From the NCBI GenBank assembly GCA_951406725.2, contig OX597816.1, positions 92,938,001 to 93,002,000 of the forward strand: 64,000 nucleotides of DNA, read 5' to 3'. Under the pieces are notes generated by a model. It searched no databases, had not been told where the DNA came from, and worked only from the letters and a program-made list of their open reading frames with translations. Source of the DNA: Octopus vulgaris. Its lineage: Eukaryota. The first letter of the stretch is position 1. Each line of letters starts with the position of its first letter. Shown here in pieces: positions 14,477 to 27,307 of the stretch. Made by a program: the position numbers and the translations under genes.

Positions 14477-15199
14477 TGAAAGAGTAAGCAAACTACCAAC
14501 CAAATGACCGCAATGAAACTGTTTACAATGTAAATATAACATTAAACGTCAGTACACTAAGCAATTTTTGGAAAACCAGAACGGAAATCTCTAGAACTGG
14601 TGATTTATTCATTAATTGCAAACCGATGATATATTTCAAAATGTTTGCTTTTGAGAATACTGGTGACAATTCATCTATAGTAACATCAGCAGAAAAATTG
14701 CTTAGCTCAGGCTTATGAAATTGTTTGGAAGATCTACCATGCTTTAAACTTGACTTGTTGATTTAGCAAGACTGAGTATGAAATCAAAACATTGCTAGAG
14801 AAATTGATTTGGATGTGTTAGAAATCTAACGGATAAAAGTGTTAGAAAACCTCATTTCTTTTAGCTTCTTAGCCTTATCTTTGCTTTGTATAAAGTATAT
14901 TGTTATCTGGTTATTCTGGTGGACAAGAAATAACGCATTTACATAATTATACCAGTGGTCATATTCAGATAGCCTGAGTTGTCCAATTATGCTTTCATAA
15001 TCATACGAAAAAAGCTTTCTACTTCGTTCATATTTTATCATATTATATCATTATTGTTACTTAAAAGAAGCTGTTTAGGATTTGTCGTCTATTCACTCCT
15101 TTATGCTTAATTTTGAAAAGAAATTCATCTTCCGGAGGAAAGGTGAATAGAAGTGGTTTTGTTACTTAGAAAGCTTCTTTCGCAGGTTTTGATAATATT

Positions 15200-15612
15200 C
15201 TTTTATTCTTTTACTTGTTTCAGTCATTTGACTGTGGCCATGCTGGAGCGCCGCCTTTTAGTCGAACAAATCGACCCCAGGACTTATTCTTTGTAAGCCT
15301 AGTACTTATTTTATCAGTTTCTTTTGCCGAACCGCTGAGTTAGGGGTACGTAGACACACCAACATCGGTTGTCAAGCGATGGTGGGGGGAGGACAAACAG
15401 AGACGTACAAACGTATAACCATATACATACATATGTGTATGTGTGTGTGTTCAACGGGCTTCTTTCAGTTTCCTTCTACCAAACCCACTCACAAGGTTTT
15501 GTTTGGCTCGAGGCTATAGTAGAAGACACTTGTCCAAGGTGTCATGCAGTGGGATTGAACACAGAACCATGTGGTTGGTAAAGTAAGCTACTTACCACAC
15601 AGCCACTCCTAT
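15200..15612 (-). mobile_element. SINE family A
   Basis: Complete copy from head to tail, with central microsatellite. Confidence 0.85.
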
Positions 15613-15619
15613 ATACATA

Positions 15620-15817
15620 GAAACATTAGCACACAGGGCGAAATGCTTAGAGATTTTTCGTCTGTCTTTACATTCTGAGTTCAAATTCCGCCGAGGCACA
15701 CTTTGCTTTTCATCCTTTCGGGGTTGATAAATTAAGTACCAGTTGTGCACTGGAGTCGATCTAATTGACTGTTTCCCTCCCCAAAAATGTCGGGCCTTGT
15801 GCCTGGAGCAGAAAGAA
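15620..15817 (+). mobile_element. SINE family B
   Basis: ttagcacacagggcgaaatgc...gagttcaaattccgccgagg...cctttcggggt, as in the copies at 13895 and 38174. Confidence 0.75.
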
Positions 15818-16082
15818 TTCTTTTACTTGTTTCAGTCATTTTAACTGTGGCCATGCTGGAGCACCGCCTTAAAAGGTTTTTAATCAAAGCAATCGAACCC
15901 AGTACTTATTCTTTGTAAGCCTAGTATTTATACTATCAAACTCCTTTGCCAAACCGCCAAGTTACAGGGACATAAACACACCAACATTGGTTGTCAAGTG
16001 ATGGTGGGAGGACAAACATAGACACAAAGACAAAAACATAAATATATATATATATATATATATATGTATATGTGTGTGTGTG
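15818..16082 (-). mobile_element. SINE family A, 3' half (matching 5' half probably at 20026-20185)
   Basis: Tail and body up to the central microsatellite only. Confidence 0.75.
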
Positions 16083-16084
16083 TA

Positions 16085-16584
16085 TGATAATGACAACAAT
16101 AATAAAAGTGATGATGAAAGCTGAAATATAAATATCTCTGGGAAATGTTTACATTTCTAAAAGTAGCCAAACATTTACTGCTTTGGCCAGGGTCAAAATG
16201 CAGGTCTCTTGACATGTTCAACAAACTGTGATGCCTAAACCAGACACCAATCAACTGAAATAATTCAGTAAAACCACACATTGAATGGTCAGAATACAGT
16301 TTGCAAAACATAACATTCTGGAGCTTATACAAATGTATATAAGGCACACATTTTAACCATTTTCCTACAGTTGTAAATTGTAAAACATAACTGTCACCAC
16401 TACTTCATGAACCTGAAGTTTGCATAGTCTAATGCATGAAAGTACTAGTTCAGTCAGAAAGGACATTTAATACTCTATCATATCATTATATTATATTATC
16501 TTATATGATATTTTCCTTACTGGTGGTGCCCTAGTATGTCCACAGCCTCAAGGCTGAAACATATAAAAGAATACAAGAATAAGA
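16085..16584 (+). mobile_element. Decayed 3' end of a CR1-group LINE
   Basis: Ends tggtggtgccctagtatgtccacagcctcaaggctgaaac plus an aaagaat-type tail, homologous to the 3' end of the intact LINE. The 5' boundary is uncertain. Confidence 0.5.
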
Positions 16585-16715
16585 TTGTAAATAAAACGTG
16601 AAAATCAGAGAAAGTTGGATTTTCTTTGAGTAATATATTCTTCTATACACAATCATACACACCTGTGTGTATATATATGTATAATCAAAATAAGCAACAA
16701 GGATATCCAGAGGTA

Positions 16716-16804
16716 ATGCAGTACGATCGTTTCATGCAACTCCATTTAATTGAACAATGCAATCATTACATCAATTTAAAATACAGAGCAATCTTCAGCT
16801 GCAC
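16716..16804 (-). ncRNA. Minimal type I hammerhead (left arm)
   Basis: gtgcag-CTGAAGA-long stem II-GAA-ACGATCGT-A^ctgcat, with a palindromic stem III. Confidence 0.75.
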
Positions 16805-18560
16805 AAAGGCATAGAATTTAATTAAATTAGAACAGATGGACACATTAGTATAAATATACGTAAAATCTCCAAGAAGTTAAATAGATAGACAAAGAACATG
16901 CTGTTCTTATTCCAGCATAGCAGTTACTAAGCTTTTCAAGAAGATATACATTGTTACAGACTCTGCCTGTCACTGATTTTGTTATTTTTATGGGGTCAGT
17001 TTTAATTTATAGACTAGTTCATGAAAACCTTTGTATCTCTAAGGCTGAGAGAATAGAGGGCAGTACTGTTAGGGGTAGGGCTGAGGGAGCAGACAGACAT
17101 CGTAGTTGGTATAATCATAAAAATCAAGATTTATTAGAAGCAATATCATGAGATTTGGTAAAGGAAAAACTTAAAACAAGATGTTAGCTGACAATTAAGG
17201 GGGTCACCCACTATGAGACCATTGATAATGAAACAGGGGAAGTCTTATCATATAGTTAAATATTTTAAACAATGTTGCTATATTGTATACAGTTAAAGTT
17301 TAGTGTTATTCAGAGGATTATTAAGAAGTATATTATAACAAAAGTATAGAAATTTATGAATACTTTTGAGTATATACCAAACTTTTATCATAATAGAGGG
17401 AGGAAAAGAAATTATCCAGAAACAGTTTAATATTTATACATATTGTACACTTAAATACTAACTCATCAGATGGTATCTGTGAATATTGATTAATTGGCAT
17501 ATACTGGTATTAATAAAGGAGTATTGAGGTAAAGGAACGTTCTAATTATATATTAATAAAATTATAATCTAAGCAGTTTTACCATAGTATTAGTAATTAA
17601 GCTATTTTATTTCATTTTCTATGGTGTTCTGCCCTACTTGATTATTTTATAATTAGCCTTTATTTATTTATATAATTAATCTAACTTTTGTATCTCTATA
17701 AATTCATACTTAGCTTATATAAAACTATACTGGTGTATTCACTACTTATAAAAAACTGCTTAGATTATAATTTTATTAATATATAATTAGCATGTTCCTT
17801 TACCTCAATACTCCTTTATTAATACCAGTAAATACCAATTAATCAATATTCACAGATACATCTGATGAGTTAGTATTTAAGTGTACAATATGAGTTAGTA
17901 TCTGATGAGTTAGTATTTAAGTGTACAATAACTATTTCTAGATAATTTCTTTTCCTCTCTTTATTATGATAAAAGTTTGGTATATACTCAAAAGTATTCA
18001 TAAATTTCTATACTTTTGTTATAATATACTTCTTAATAATCCTCTGAATAACCCTAAACTTTAACTGTATACAATATAACAACATTGTTTAAAATATTTA
18101 ACTATAGTACTACATGATAAGACTTCCCCTGTTTCATTATCAATGGTCTGCTAGTGAGCGACCCCCTAAATTGTCAGCTAACATCTTGTTTTAAGTTTTT
18201 CCTTTACCAAATCTCATGATATTGCTTCTAATAAATCTTGATTTTTATGATTATACCAACTATGATGTCTGTCTGCTCCCTCAGTCCTACCCCTAACAGT
18301 ACTGCCCTCTGTTCTCTCAGCCTTAGAGATAGAAAGGTTTTCATGAACTAGTCTATAAATTAAAACTGACCCCATAAAAATAACAAAATTAGTGACAGGC
18401 AGAGTCTGTAACAATGTATATCTTCTTGAAAAGCTTAGTAACTTCTATGCTGGAATAAGAACAGCATGTTCTTTGTCTATCTCCTTAACTTCTTGGAGAT
18501 TTTACGTATAATTATACTAATGTGTCCATCTGTTCTAATTTAATTAAATTCTATGCCTTT

Positions 18561-18649
18561 GTGCAGCTGAAGATTGCTCTGTATTTTAAATTGATGTAAT
18601 GATTGCATTGTTCAATTAAATGGAGTTGCATGAAACGATTGTACTGCAT
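18561..18649 (+). ncRNA. Minimal type I hammerhead (right arm)
   Basis: gtgcag-CTGAAGA-...-GAAA-cgatt-GTA^ctgcat; cleavage predicted after A18643. Confidence 0.72.
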
Positions 18650-18763
18650 TACCTATGGATATCCTTGTTGCTTATTTTGATTTTAATCACCTTAGTTTGA
18701 AATTGTATGGATAATACTGTACTAAATTCTGGTGCCTCAACTTAAGTACCATATTCATCTGAA

Positions 18764-18811
<48 letters not shown>

Positions 18812-18812
<1 letters not shown>

Positions 18813-20017
18813 ACAGACATGCAGGAAGTAAATAGACACCTTTAATTTTCAAAATCTTTTATTTAATTCACAAATGTAATCGATAAGTAGGACTACCTAC
18901 TTTAGTATTTAGTTGACATTCCCTTTGCAGTTTTTAATTCAGAAACTCATTTTTGCATTGAATGATGAGCTTTGTGATTGTCTCTTGTGGAATTTCTGCC
19001 AACTTTTCATGTAACAATCGAAACAATTCATCTTTAGATTTAGGTTTCTGTCAAGTTTTTCATATAGCTCTATCTAGTATGCTCCAAAGATTTTCAGTTG
19101 GGTTCATGTCAGTAGATTGGCTCGGCCAAGGAAGCTTTTTGATCCCATTTCAGTCAATCATTGTTGATTCCTTTTCGTTGTGTTATATGGGGCCCATCTT
19201 CCATGAAGAAAAACTCATTTTTCGTTATGTTATCATGTGAATACATCGGAAGTAGCCCTCACTTAAGTATTTCAATGTATTTTTTCAGATTTTATGGTTC
19301 CAACACATTCAATCAGCTCAGAACGACCATTGCTGGTGACAGTACCCAATACCATTACAGAGATACTGCCTTGTTTCACAACTGGTTAGAGTCATTTCAA
19401 ATGATATTGCTGATTGGGAAGCCTCCAGACCTAAACACGTCCACTATCTGAAAATAATGCAAATCTGGATTATTCTGAGAAAATCACTCTATCCCAAGAT
19501 GAACTGGATTTTCCTGACATCTCTTTAGCCCATTTCTTTCTTTTCATGATATTAATTGGTTGAAGGAGAGGCTTTCTTCTAACTGCTCGTTCATAATACC
19601 CAAGCTTATGCAGATATGTAACACATGTTCTTGGCTAACTTCTAGCTGTGTTGCAATGTCAGAAGCCTTCGAACGGGTGTTCCTTTTCCACAATTCTGGT
19701 GATTCTTTTCCTTGGCTTTTGAACTGCACTATAATTCTATTAACTGTAGCAAGAGGAATTTGCAGATTTTCGGCAATTTTTGGCTGGCTAAGGCCAGCCT
19801 CAGATAGACCAATAATACAACCTCTTTGAAAATCTGACAGTTCTACTGAATTTTTTGTGTGTGGCATGGTTACTCGTCACAAATGTTTAATATAATGGCA
19901 CCTGGAATGGAAAAGAATAATTACATTGTAAATTCTACACTGCCGAAAACATATCAAGGTGCTTAGATAAGAAATTTTGAAAATGAACAGTGTCTATTTA
20001 CTTCCTGCATGTCTGTG
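18812..20017 (-). mobile_element. Tc1-family DNA transposon with decayed transposase
   Basis: Perfect 28 bp TIRs cacagacatgcaggaagtaaatagacac (18812-18839 and 19990-20017) with TA on both sides. ORF start [28 protein letters not shown] is a Tc1 HTH; the downstream part is disrupted. Confidence 0.9.
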
Positions 20018-20025
20018 TATATATA

Positions 20026-20185
20026 CAACGAGCTTCTTTCAGTTTCCGTCTACTAAATCCATTCAAAAGGCTTTGGTCGGCCTGAGGCTATAGCAGAAGG
20101 CACTTGCCCAAGGTGCCATGCAGTGAGACTTAACCTGGATCCATATGGTTTGGAAGCAAACTTCCTACCACACAGCCTCACCTGC
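20026..20185 (-). mobile_element. SINE family A, 5' half
   Basis: Head through ...gacggaaactgaaagaagc on the minus strand. Confidence 0.75.
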
Positions 20186-20950
20186 ATCTAGTATTTATAC
20201 AAAAATGTTGCATGACGTGTTTTATGGTTACCCAACTTTGAACCATACTGCTAATTAATTGTGTTGCAGTCTAGTTTAAAACAGATAATTATCACATCAT
20301 TGGTCTGCTACAGAAAACTAATAGATTATAAATATAAATTTTATTTTATCATTTTAGCTTTCAAGTAACTTTTAATTTAACAATCATAAAAAAACATATG
20401 AATGAAAAAGAATAAAAGTTGGCAAAGAAAAAACTAAACTTACAGCAGACTAATTATTTCCAAGAAATGAACACTTTGTTGAGGTTTACACATAAAATAT
20501 ATGAGATTATATGTGTGTGTGTGTAAAATTAGAGACACAACAATACTTACATACTCTTTTTTGAATGCATACAAACACACTTATTTGATTTTTTTCTTAT
20601 ACTCGTATATGCAGACATTCTTTTATTTATATGATTTATTTACCTTTGTAATATGTAACTACAAATCCCTTTAAGGGGCAGATCTCTCTTTGATGATAAC
20701 TATAGGAGTACAAGCAAAAATATTCTTGTTGGAATCATGCTATCAAATTGATAGAAATACAATACATGTACCAAGGAAAGGTAAACAAAGCGATAGATTG
20801 AATACCAGTTAAGTACTGGAGTCAGTGAATTAACTTATCTCCCCATTCCCGCCAAAATTGCTGGCCTTAGGCCAAAATTTGAAACTATCATTATTATTAT
20901 CATTATTATCCTTATTATTATTATTATAATTATTATTATTATTATTATTA

Positions 20951-21620
20951 GGTGAGAGAGCAGTGCATGCCATCAAAGAGACACAGGGGTAAAATATACA
21001 AAGCCCAGTATATTCATCATGACTACATGTTCGATAAGGATGCACCAGGCACATGCATCACAACCATATGTGCGTGACATAGTGATCTCATATGAAGATA
21101 GACAGCACATGACCTTGCAGGTGGAGGCCCAGTTAGAATTTTCTTCTGGTCGAGTAGCCCATCCCACTCAAAAGGTCCCTGAATAAAGGTTGTTTAAGGA
21201 TATTGTACAAAACATCCATGTTTCCAGAGGTGAATTATTCAACTGATTAAGGTCAAACAACTGACAGGCAAATCTCAGATATTGAGCAGAATATTTACTG
21301 TAGCTCAACTTTTATACCAAGACAAAACATCGTAACACTTCCAATCAGTTAAGATCAGAACCCATGAAAGCTACTGCCTGGTACTGCATCAGGGCATTCA
21401 TTATCATTATTACTGAGTGCATGCCATCAAAGTCATACTGGGGTGAAATATATGAAGCCCAATATACTCATCATGACTACCCGTCTGATAAGGGTACATC
21501 AGGCACATGCATCACAACCATGTGTGCATGACATGGTGATCTGCATGACCTTGCAGACAGAGCCCAGTTAGAATTTTGTTCAGGTCGAGTAGCCTATCTC
21601 ACTTAAAAGGTCCTTGAATA
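20951..21620. mobile_element. Non-coding interspersed repeat in a (TTA)n tract: one longer copy plus a partial tandem copy
   Basis: gtgcatgccatcaaag...gcccagttagaattt...aaaaggtccctgaataaa occurs at 20962-21188 and again at 21417-21622, bounded by (tta)n. Confidence 0.65.
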
Positions 21621-21849
21621 AACCGGCTGCACTCGTGCTCATGTTTGTGCTCGTGCTCGTGCTCGATACCAAGAACTCGGCACATAAAATCGCCACTTTG
21701 TGCCTCGTCGATAACACACGGACACACACACTTGTGGTCTTCGTCGTACTCAGACTTACTCCCCGGCAATAAACTGGCTGCACTCGTGCTCGTGTTCGTG
21801 CTCGTGCTCATGCTCGATACCGAGAACTCGGCACATAAAATCGCCGCTT
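21617..21849. repeat. ~82 bp direct repeat pair (151 bp period) containing (CTCGTG)n
   Basis: aataaacyggctgcactcgtgctc...gatacc.agaactcggcacataaaatcgcc at 21617 and 21768. Confidence 0.85.
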
Positions 21850-21923
21850 CCTCTCAACACATAGCTATGATTTTCCCTCCACTACTTCTGTTCATGATTA
21901 GAGGTGCATAAATCATCAGCCAC

Positions 21924-21979
<56 letters not shown>

Positions 21980-21984
21980 GTGCA

Positions 21985-24240
21985 GTCAGTCATTATGACT
22001 ATGACCATTCATGGTTTTGGTATGACCTGATAAGCTTCCTCCATACTGGTCAGTTTTTCGCTTGGGTTTGCCATTTATAATATTTGATTCCTTTTCACTT
22101 CATGTTGTTTTGCAGTGAATCTCAGTTTAGGCCTTCCATGATTTCCTTTACCCTTGCATAGTTGAGAGTAAAGGTGTTGTCTAGGGAGTCTGCTGGTGTC
22201 CATCTTGTGTATCTGTCTCACTCGATGTAAATTTCTATCAATGAGTATTTCCATCATTGGATGCAGACCAGCATGCAGAGGATCTTTTCATTCCTGACCT
22301 TATCAAACAGAGTGATAGTCATAATCTGTTATGGCTGTCTCATCATAGATGCATGCAGCTTGTCTAATTGAGTTTTATAGACTCTCCAGGTTTCAGTATC
22401 ATACAGCAGGGAAGACAGCACTATACCTCACATTTAACCAGTATAGAAACATGCCTATTTTTTCACAGCCTCTCCTGTTGCCTGCCAAATGAAAAACTAG
22501 CTTTGCTAATTCTGTATGAGATTTCCTGGTCCAGTTGTACATTATCTGAAATGGTGCTGCTTAGGTTTTTGAATACTTTGCATTGGACCAGCCTTTCTTG
22601 TCTAATAGTGATGTTTTCTTCAGCTACAGAGGGAGATAGGTTCTCTACCATTTGGTAAAGGCATTCAGTTCTTCTGGTGCTAATCTTGAAGCTGAACTGT
22701 TGTGAAACTGGCAAAGTTATCTACCAGTTTCTGCATATCATCAGCACTGTGAGCAACCAGTGCACTATCATCAGCAAACATCACCTCTCGTACCAGGATC
22801 TTCGTAGTGCATGTCTTTGCTTTATACTATACAACATTTATACTATACAAATCAGCATCATGCTGAAACTGGATGTAAATCCCTCTTCCAACTTTTTTGA
22901 AGGCAACTTCAAACATTGCTATGAGATAAAGGGAGGACAGTGCTGGAGCAAGTATGCACCCTTGTTTAACTCCATTTGTCACTGCAAATGCACTTGAGGC
23001 ATTGCTATCTTGTACTATAAATCCCTGCATTCTTTTGTGCAAGGACCAGACCAAGTTGATGAACCGTTGAGGACATATATGTTTCTTAAGAATCACCCAA
23101 AGCCCATCACAAGATATAGTATCAAAAACCTTTGTGAAGTCTATGAATACTATACATAGGTATGTTCTTGTGAAATCGGCGAAGACAGATCATGTTCACC
23201 ATGGTTCTACCACCATGGAAGCCACACTGAGTCTCAGATGAGACATTTTGACAGATATGCTCATTTAGTCTGTTTAATGAAATATGAGCTAAAATCTTCC
23301 CAGCTACTCATAAAAGGTATATTCCTCAGTTGTTTCTACAACTCACTCTACAACCTTTTTTGAAGACAAGTATGATACCTGTGTATTTCCAGTCTTGTTG
23401 AATCATTTTAGTCTCCCTGATCTAGAGAATAATGTTATACTGGCTTTCAATAAGCTCCACACCTCCATGCTTCCTGATTGCAGTAGATATGTTATATCTG
23501 CGAAGTGCTTTACCTTCTTTCATTTGTTTGATTGCATCACTGAATTCCTTTTAAATAGGTTCATCTCTAAGGATCAGTTGGTTGACTGTCATGTAACCTC
23601 AAGGGTGATTAGCAAATCTATCAAGGATCTCCCATTTTTCCTGGAGTACTGTTTTGCCATCAAAACCAATGAGTTTTGTTATACCTTTTCTCTGTGGCCC
23701 ATATACATCTCAAATCCCAAATAAAAGGCTTTTATATAATTTTGATTAGCATGATGGTGCAGTTCTTCTTTGGCTGCCCACCAATCTGATTTCAGTTTCC
23801 TAGTATATCGTTGCAGCTTCCTTCTTGATTCCACCAGATTTTCCTTTGTGTTGTCATTTAACTGCTCTACTATTCCAGCATTCCTTTCCTCTAGTTAGTA
23901 GGTTCTGTAGTTGGATGTCATCCTCGTTGAACCAATCTTGATGTTTTTTCACTGATTTGCCTACGACTCGTTCAGCTTTTTCATATGTAGCTATTTTCAA
24001 GATGTTCCATTTTCCTTCATGTCCTTTGTTTCCCTTATCTTCAGATCCTTCCAAAGCCTCATCCAGCTGGTCCTTCAATTCCTGTATTAGATGACCATTG
24101 ACTCTCATGAGTTCCTCTACCCTTTGTTGCTTTTTGCTCTTAGTCCCACAAGAAGTCCAAAATCCCCCTCCCCACTGAGCAAGCTAGCTGAAGTTACTGG
24201 TTTAATCACTTGACCATGCATCAGATTGTAGTGGGTTACA
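21985..24240 (-). mobile_element. Decayed RTE-clade LINE (ORF2 relic)
   Basis: Fragments GVKQGCILAPAL, LDQEISYRISKASFSFGR, RLPRQHLYSQLCKGK.N.GRPKLRF and KKHQDWFNE, with many stops and frameshifts. Confidence 0.85.
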
Positions 24241-25865
24241 TGTTACCAGTAGCAATGTGAAGTGACCTGACATTACCTTGTCAGCGATCAATAAAAAGTA
24301 TAAGTAGGATATGTGTGGTCAGCTAGTGCAGAACCAGCCGAATTTCCATCCCGCATTTATAACTGATAATTCACAGTAATTATTACAATGGCAGAAAATT
24401 TATGTACTCAAATTGAGAATGAAACCAACTGAAAAAAACCCCTCCCAAATCTAATTTATTGGCAGCTAAATAAGAATATTCAAATCTGCCTAAGTATTTA
24501 TGCTTGCAGAAAGTTTTTGTCTAACTAGCAACAAACAATTTGACTTGTTAAGAGACTGTCTAGTTTGTTGAATGAATTTGAACAAATTAAAAACGTAAAT
24601 GCAAAGTATTATTCAAATTTCAATAAAACAGCCTTCATTCTATTGAAATACTGATAAGGATCTTATATAATCAATTCGTTAATTGTAAGCTAAAACGAAA
24701 ATCATGGGAATAGTTATTTAATTCAACAATTTATATACAAAGTCACTCAACAACAATTTTCATTCTTTCAAGAGTAAAGCGGATTTAGGCTAATTCAGAG
24801 GCACTAGTCCAAAGAATGAAACCAGTTTTAGCCAAATACTTCAAATTTAGTTGCTAATCACCAAACACTAGATATGTAAAATGACCGATAATTTTTGACA
24901 TTTAAGTAAAGTTACTGGTTGTATTTATCCTTCATTAAAATTCATTCAATTAACTTAAAATCAGTGTGGTATCTACAAAACATTTTTATTAAAATCAAGC
25001 TAATTTCTTTCAAAGCTCAACAACAAAGATCTACTTATATGTCACAATGATAGAATCAAAGAACAAGTCAGTAAAGTAAAAAGGTAATAATAAAGACAGA
25101 TGCCTACACTCCATAAAGAATATAGCATTGTATAACAGGCAAAAACATTTGTCTAGGTTAATTCTTAGAAACAGACTTAAGATAAAAAAAAAGTATCAAC
25201 TGATAAGTGTTATCGCTTAGAGTTCTATATAATGTGGTTCTTTCTAATAGCCTTTTAGAAAATTTTCTGTTCTAAGGCAAGAAAAATCAAAGGTAATCAT
25301 CTTTGAAGGGCCTATAATAAGGACATAAATAAAAGATTGGTTATTTATGAGGTTACTTTGAAAAGTGCCTGTGTAGCCATTATCAAAAATTTCAAACATT
25401 TTGGAAAAACAGCAATTCTGAAAACTATAAAGATCCAGTGAGTAAGTTGATTTCATTCCAGAATCTAGGATATAATATGAGTGTTTGAGTGCATTTCCTC
25501 TACAGCACCAAGCATGGAATAAAACTATCAAAAACAAGAAAAAAGAGACCAGAAATAGTGGAAAACAAATATGCTGACCAACTGTTCTTGGTATGTATAA
25601 GAGAGCAAAACAGAAGTGATGATACTCAGCCCAACTAAAATAGAAAGTTGCTTCCTTAAACAGTACACTTGCCACCCTATTTTAATATTGATGCTACATC
25701 TTCAGATGTTGAATTAACATGAAACAGATGGAACTGCCAGCTGGATAATGTATTTAATTTTTCTTCCTACTATGTAGCCTTGTTTTCTATTTTGTCAGCT
25801 ATTTTAGTAAAATTTAATGCATTCCATTTTCTCCATGGTGACTGGAAGGTGCAACAATTTTATTT

Positions 25866-26233
25866 AGGCATAGGAGTGGCTGTGTGGTAAGTAGCTTGCT
25901 TATGAACCACATGGTTCCGGGTTCAGTCCCACTGCGTGACACCTTGGGCAAGTGTCTTCTACTATAGCCTCGGGCTGACCAAAGCCTTGTGAGTGGATTT
26001 GGTAGACGGAAACTGAAAAAAGCCTGTCGTATATATGTGTGTTTGTCCCCCCAACATTGCTTGACAACGAATGCTGGTGTGTTTACGTCCCTGTAAATTA
26101 GCAGTTTGGCAAAAGGACTGATAGAATAAGTACTAGGCTTACAAAGAATAAGTCCTGGGGTCGAGTTGCTCGACTAAAGGTAGTGCTCCAGCATGGCCAG
26201 AGTCAAATGACTAAAACAAGTAAAAGAGTAAAA
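25866..26233 (+). mobile_element. SINE family A
   Basis: Complete copy: A-box-like tggctgtgtgg, B-box-like ggttcagtcc, tail ...aaacaagtaaaagagtaaaa. Confidence 0.88.
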
Positions 26234-26888
26234 TATAACAATTTTAATAAATGCTTGCAAAATATAACCAGTTTCCATTATAGGTGCTCAATGTAAGCAT
26301 CTAAATTTAGGTGGAAAGATTTTAAAATCCTTAAAATGACCATATGAGCTCTTGTATAAGAGAATTACAATGTATAGTCTACAAATATGTACATTTCATA
26401 TGCACTATGTAACAAAAAATTGAAAATGTGTTTATGAAAATGGTTGACATGATATTCAAATTCTTTGAAAAGATTTGAAATCAGCATGCCCAAATTAGCT
26501 AAGTTAGACACTTTCCATGAAAAAGGCAAACAATCATTTTCAAAATCTACCCTAAGAGTACAAATAGAGTCATTATGATTTTCAGTCTAATAACTTAATA
26601 TTCTAGAGTTTGCTACATGTTTTCGCCTGAACTAACCTCTAATTGTGATAGATCTAGACTGTAATCTATATCTTTTAATTCTTTTTGTGATCTTCTTTCT
26701 GCTAATTCACTTGATTTTTACTTCCCTTAATATATGTATAGCAGGATATCCAAATCATTGTTATTAGTTTATTTTCAAATGAATAATTGTCTATTTTTAG
26801 CTTAAAATGCAAATGAATTAATAAACACACAAACATGCACCCAAACAAACAAAAAGGAACGCAGTGTAAATAATGGACAGAGTCAAGA

Positions 26889-26925
26889 CTATTGAAAAGG
26901 TTGCAAGACGCAACGAAAATTTTAG
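26889..26925 (+). ncRNA. Minimal hammerhead variant (U3-A8 core)
   Basis: cta-TTGAAAA-g-gttgc-aagac-gcaac-GAA-AATT-T^tag. The host repeat (~26855-27415) recurs at 61380-61630. Confidence 0.55.
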
Positions 26926-26971
26926 GAAAATAAAAATAAGTCGAAATTTTACCAGTGAGTGTGTTACATTA

Positions 26972-27307
26972 GGGTAAAGACCCCCTTCGGTCATGAATGA
27001 CCATGGGATTGCACCTAGAAAGTTACCCTCCTAGACACAAGTCCGGGCAAGGTTGTTTATGGAAGACCAGCAGTCGCCCATGCATACCAGCCTCCCCTCT
27101 CCACACCACCAGTGTTATCCAAGGGAAAGACAAAGGTTGATACAGCTTGGCACCAGTGACGTCGCAACTCATTTCTACAGCTGAGTGAACTGGAGCAACG
27201 TGAAATAAAGTGCCTTGCTCAAGAACACAACACGCAGCCCGGTCCAGGAATCGAGCTCACAACCTCACGATCGTAAGCTCGACACTCTAACCACTGAGCC
27301 ATGTGCC
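26972..27307 (-). mobile_element. tRNA-derived SINE family C with a 12 bp TSD
   Basis: Minus head ggcacatggctcagtggttagag..gctcgattcc. TSD tgtgttacatta at 26960-26971 and 27308-27319. Homologous to 52207-52492. Confidence 0.88.

Larger units (their letters stand above)
11280..14830 (+). pseudogene. Heavily decayed hAT transposase relics (probably more than one element, interrupted)
   Basis: Translatable patches SLLIDESIDISVTKLMCIC (~11432), DSSYVERTVFLLR (~12940), SPCGCHAL (CxxH, ~13193) and a dimerisation-domain-like ALRILVTI..TSAEK (~14647). Confidence 0.55.
16683..18764. mobile_element. ~2.1 kb fold-back element with ~900 bp inverted arms, probable PLE insertion
   Basis: Arms 16683-17580 and 17752-18682 with a ~170 bp spacer; the near-identical mirrored ORFs 16951+ and 18414- confirm the symmetry. 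Each arm has an outward-facing HHR. The right arm extends ~80 bp further, and the element is flanked by TA. Confidence 0.8.

Noticed and set aside
17862-17929. Two CTGATGA motifs in the palindrome arm
   Set aside because: This is a local tandem duplication with no stem II or GAAA following.
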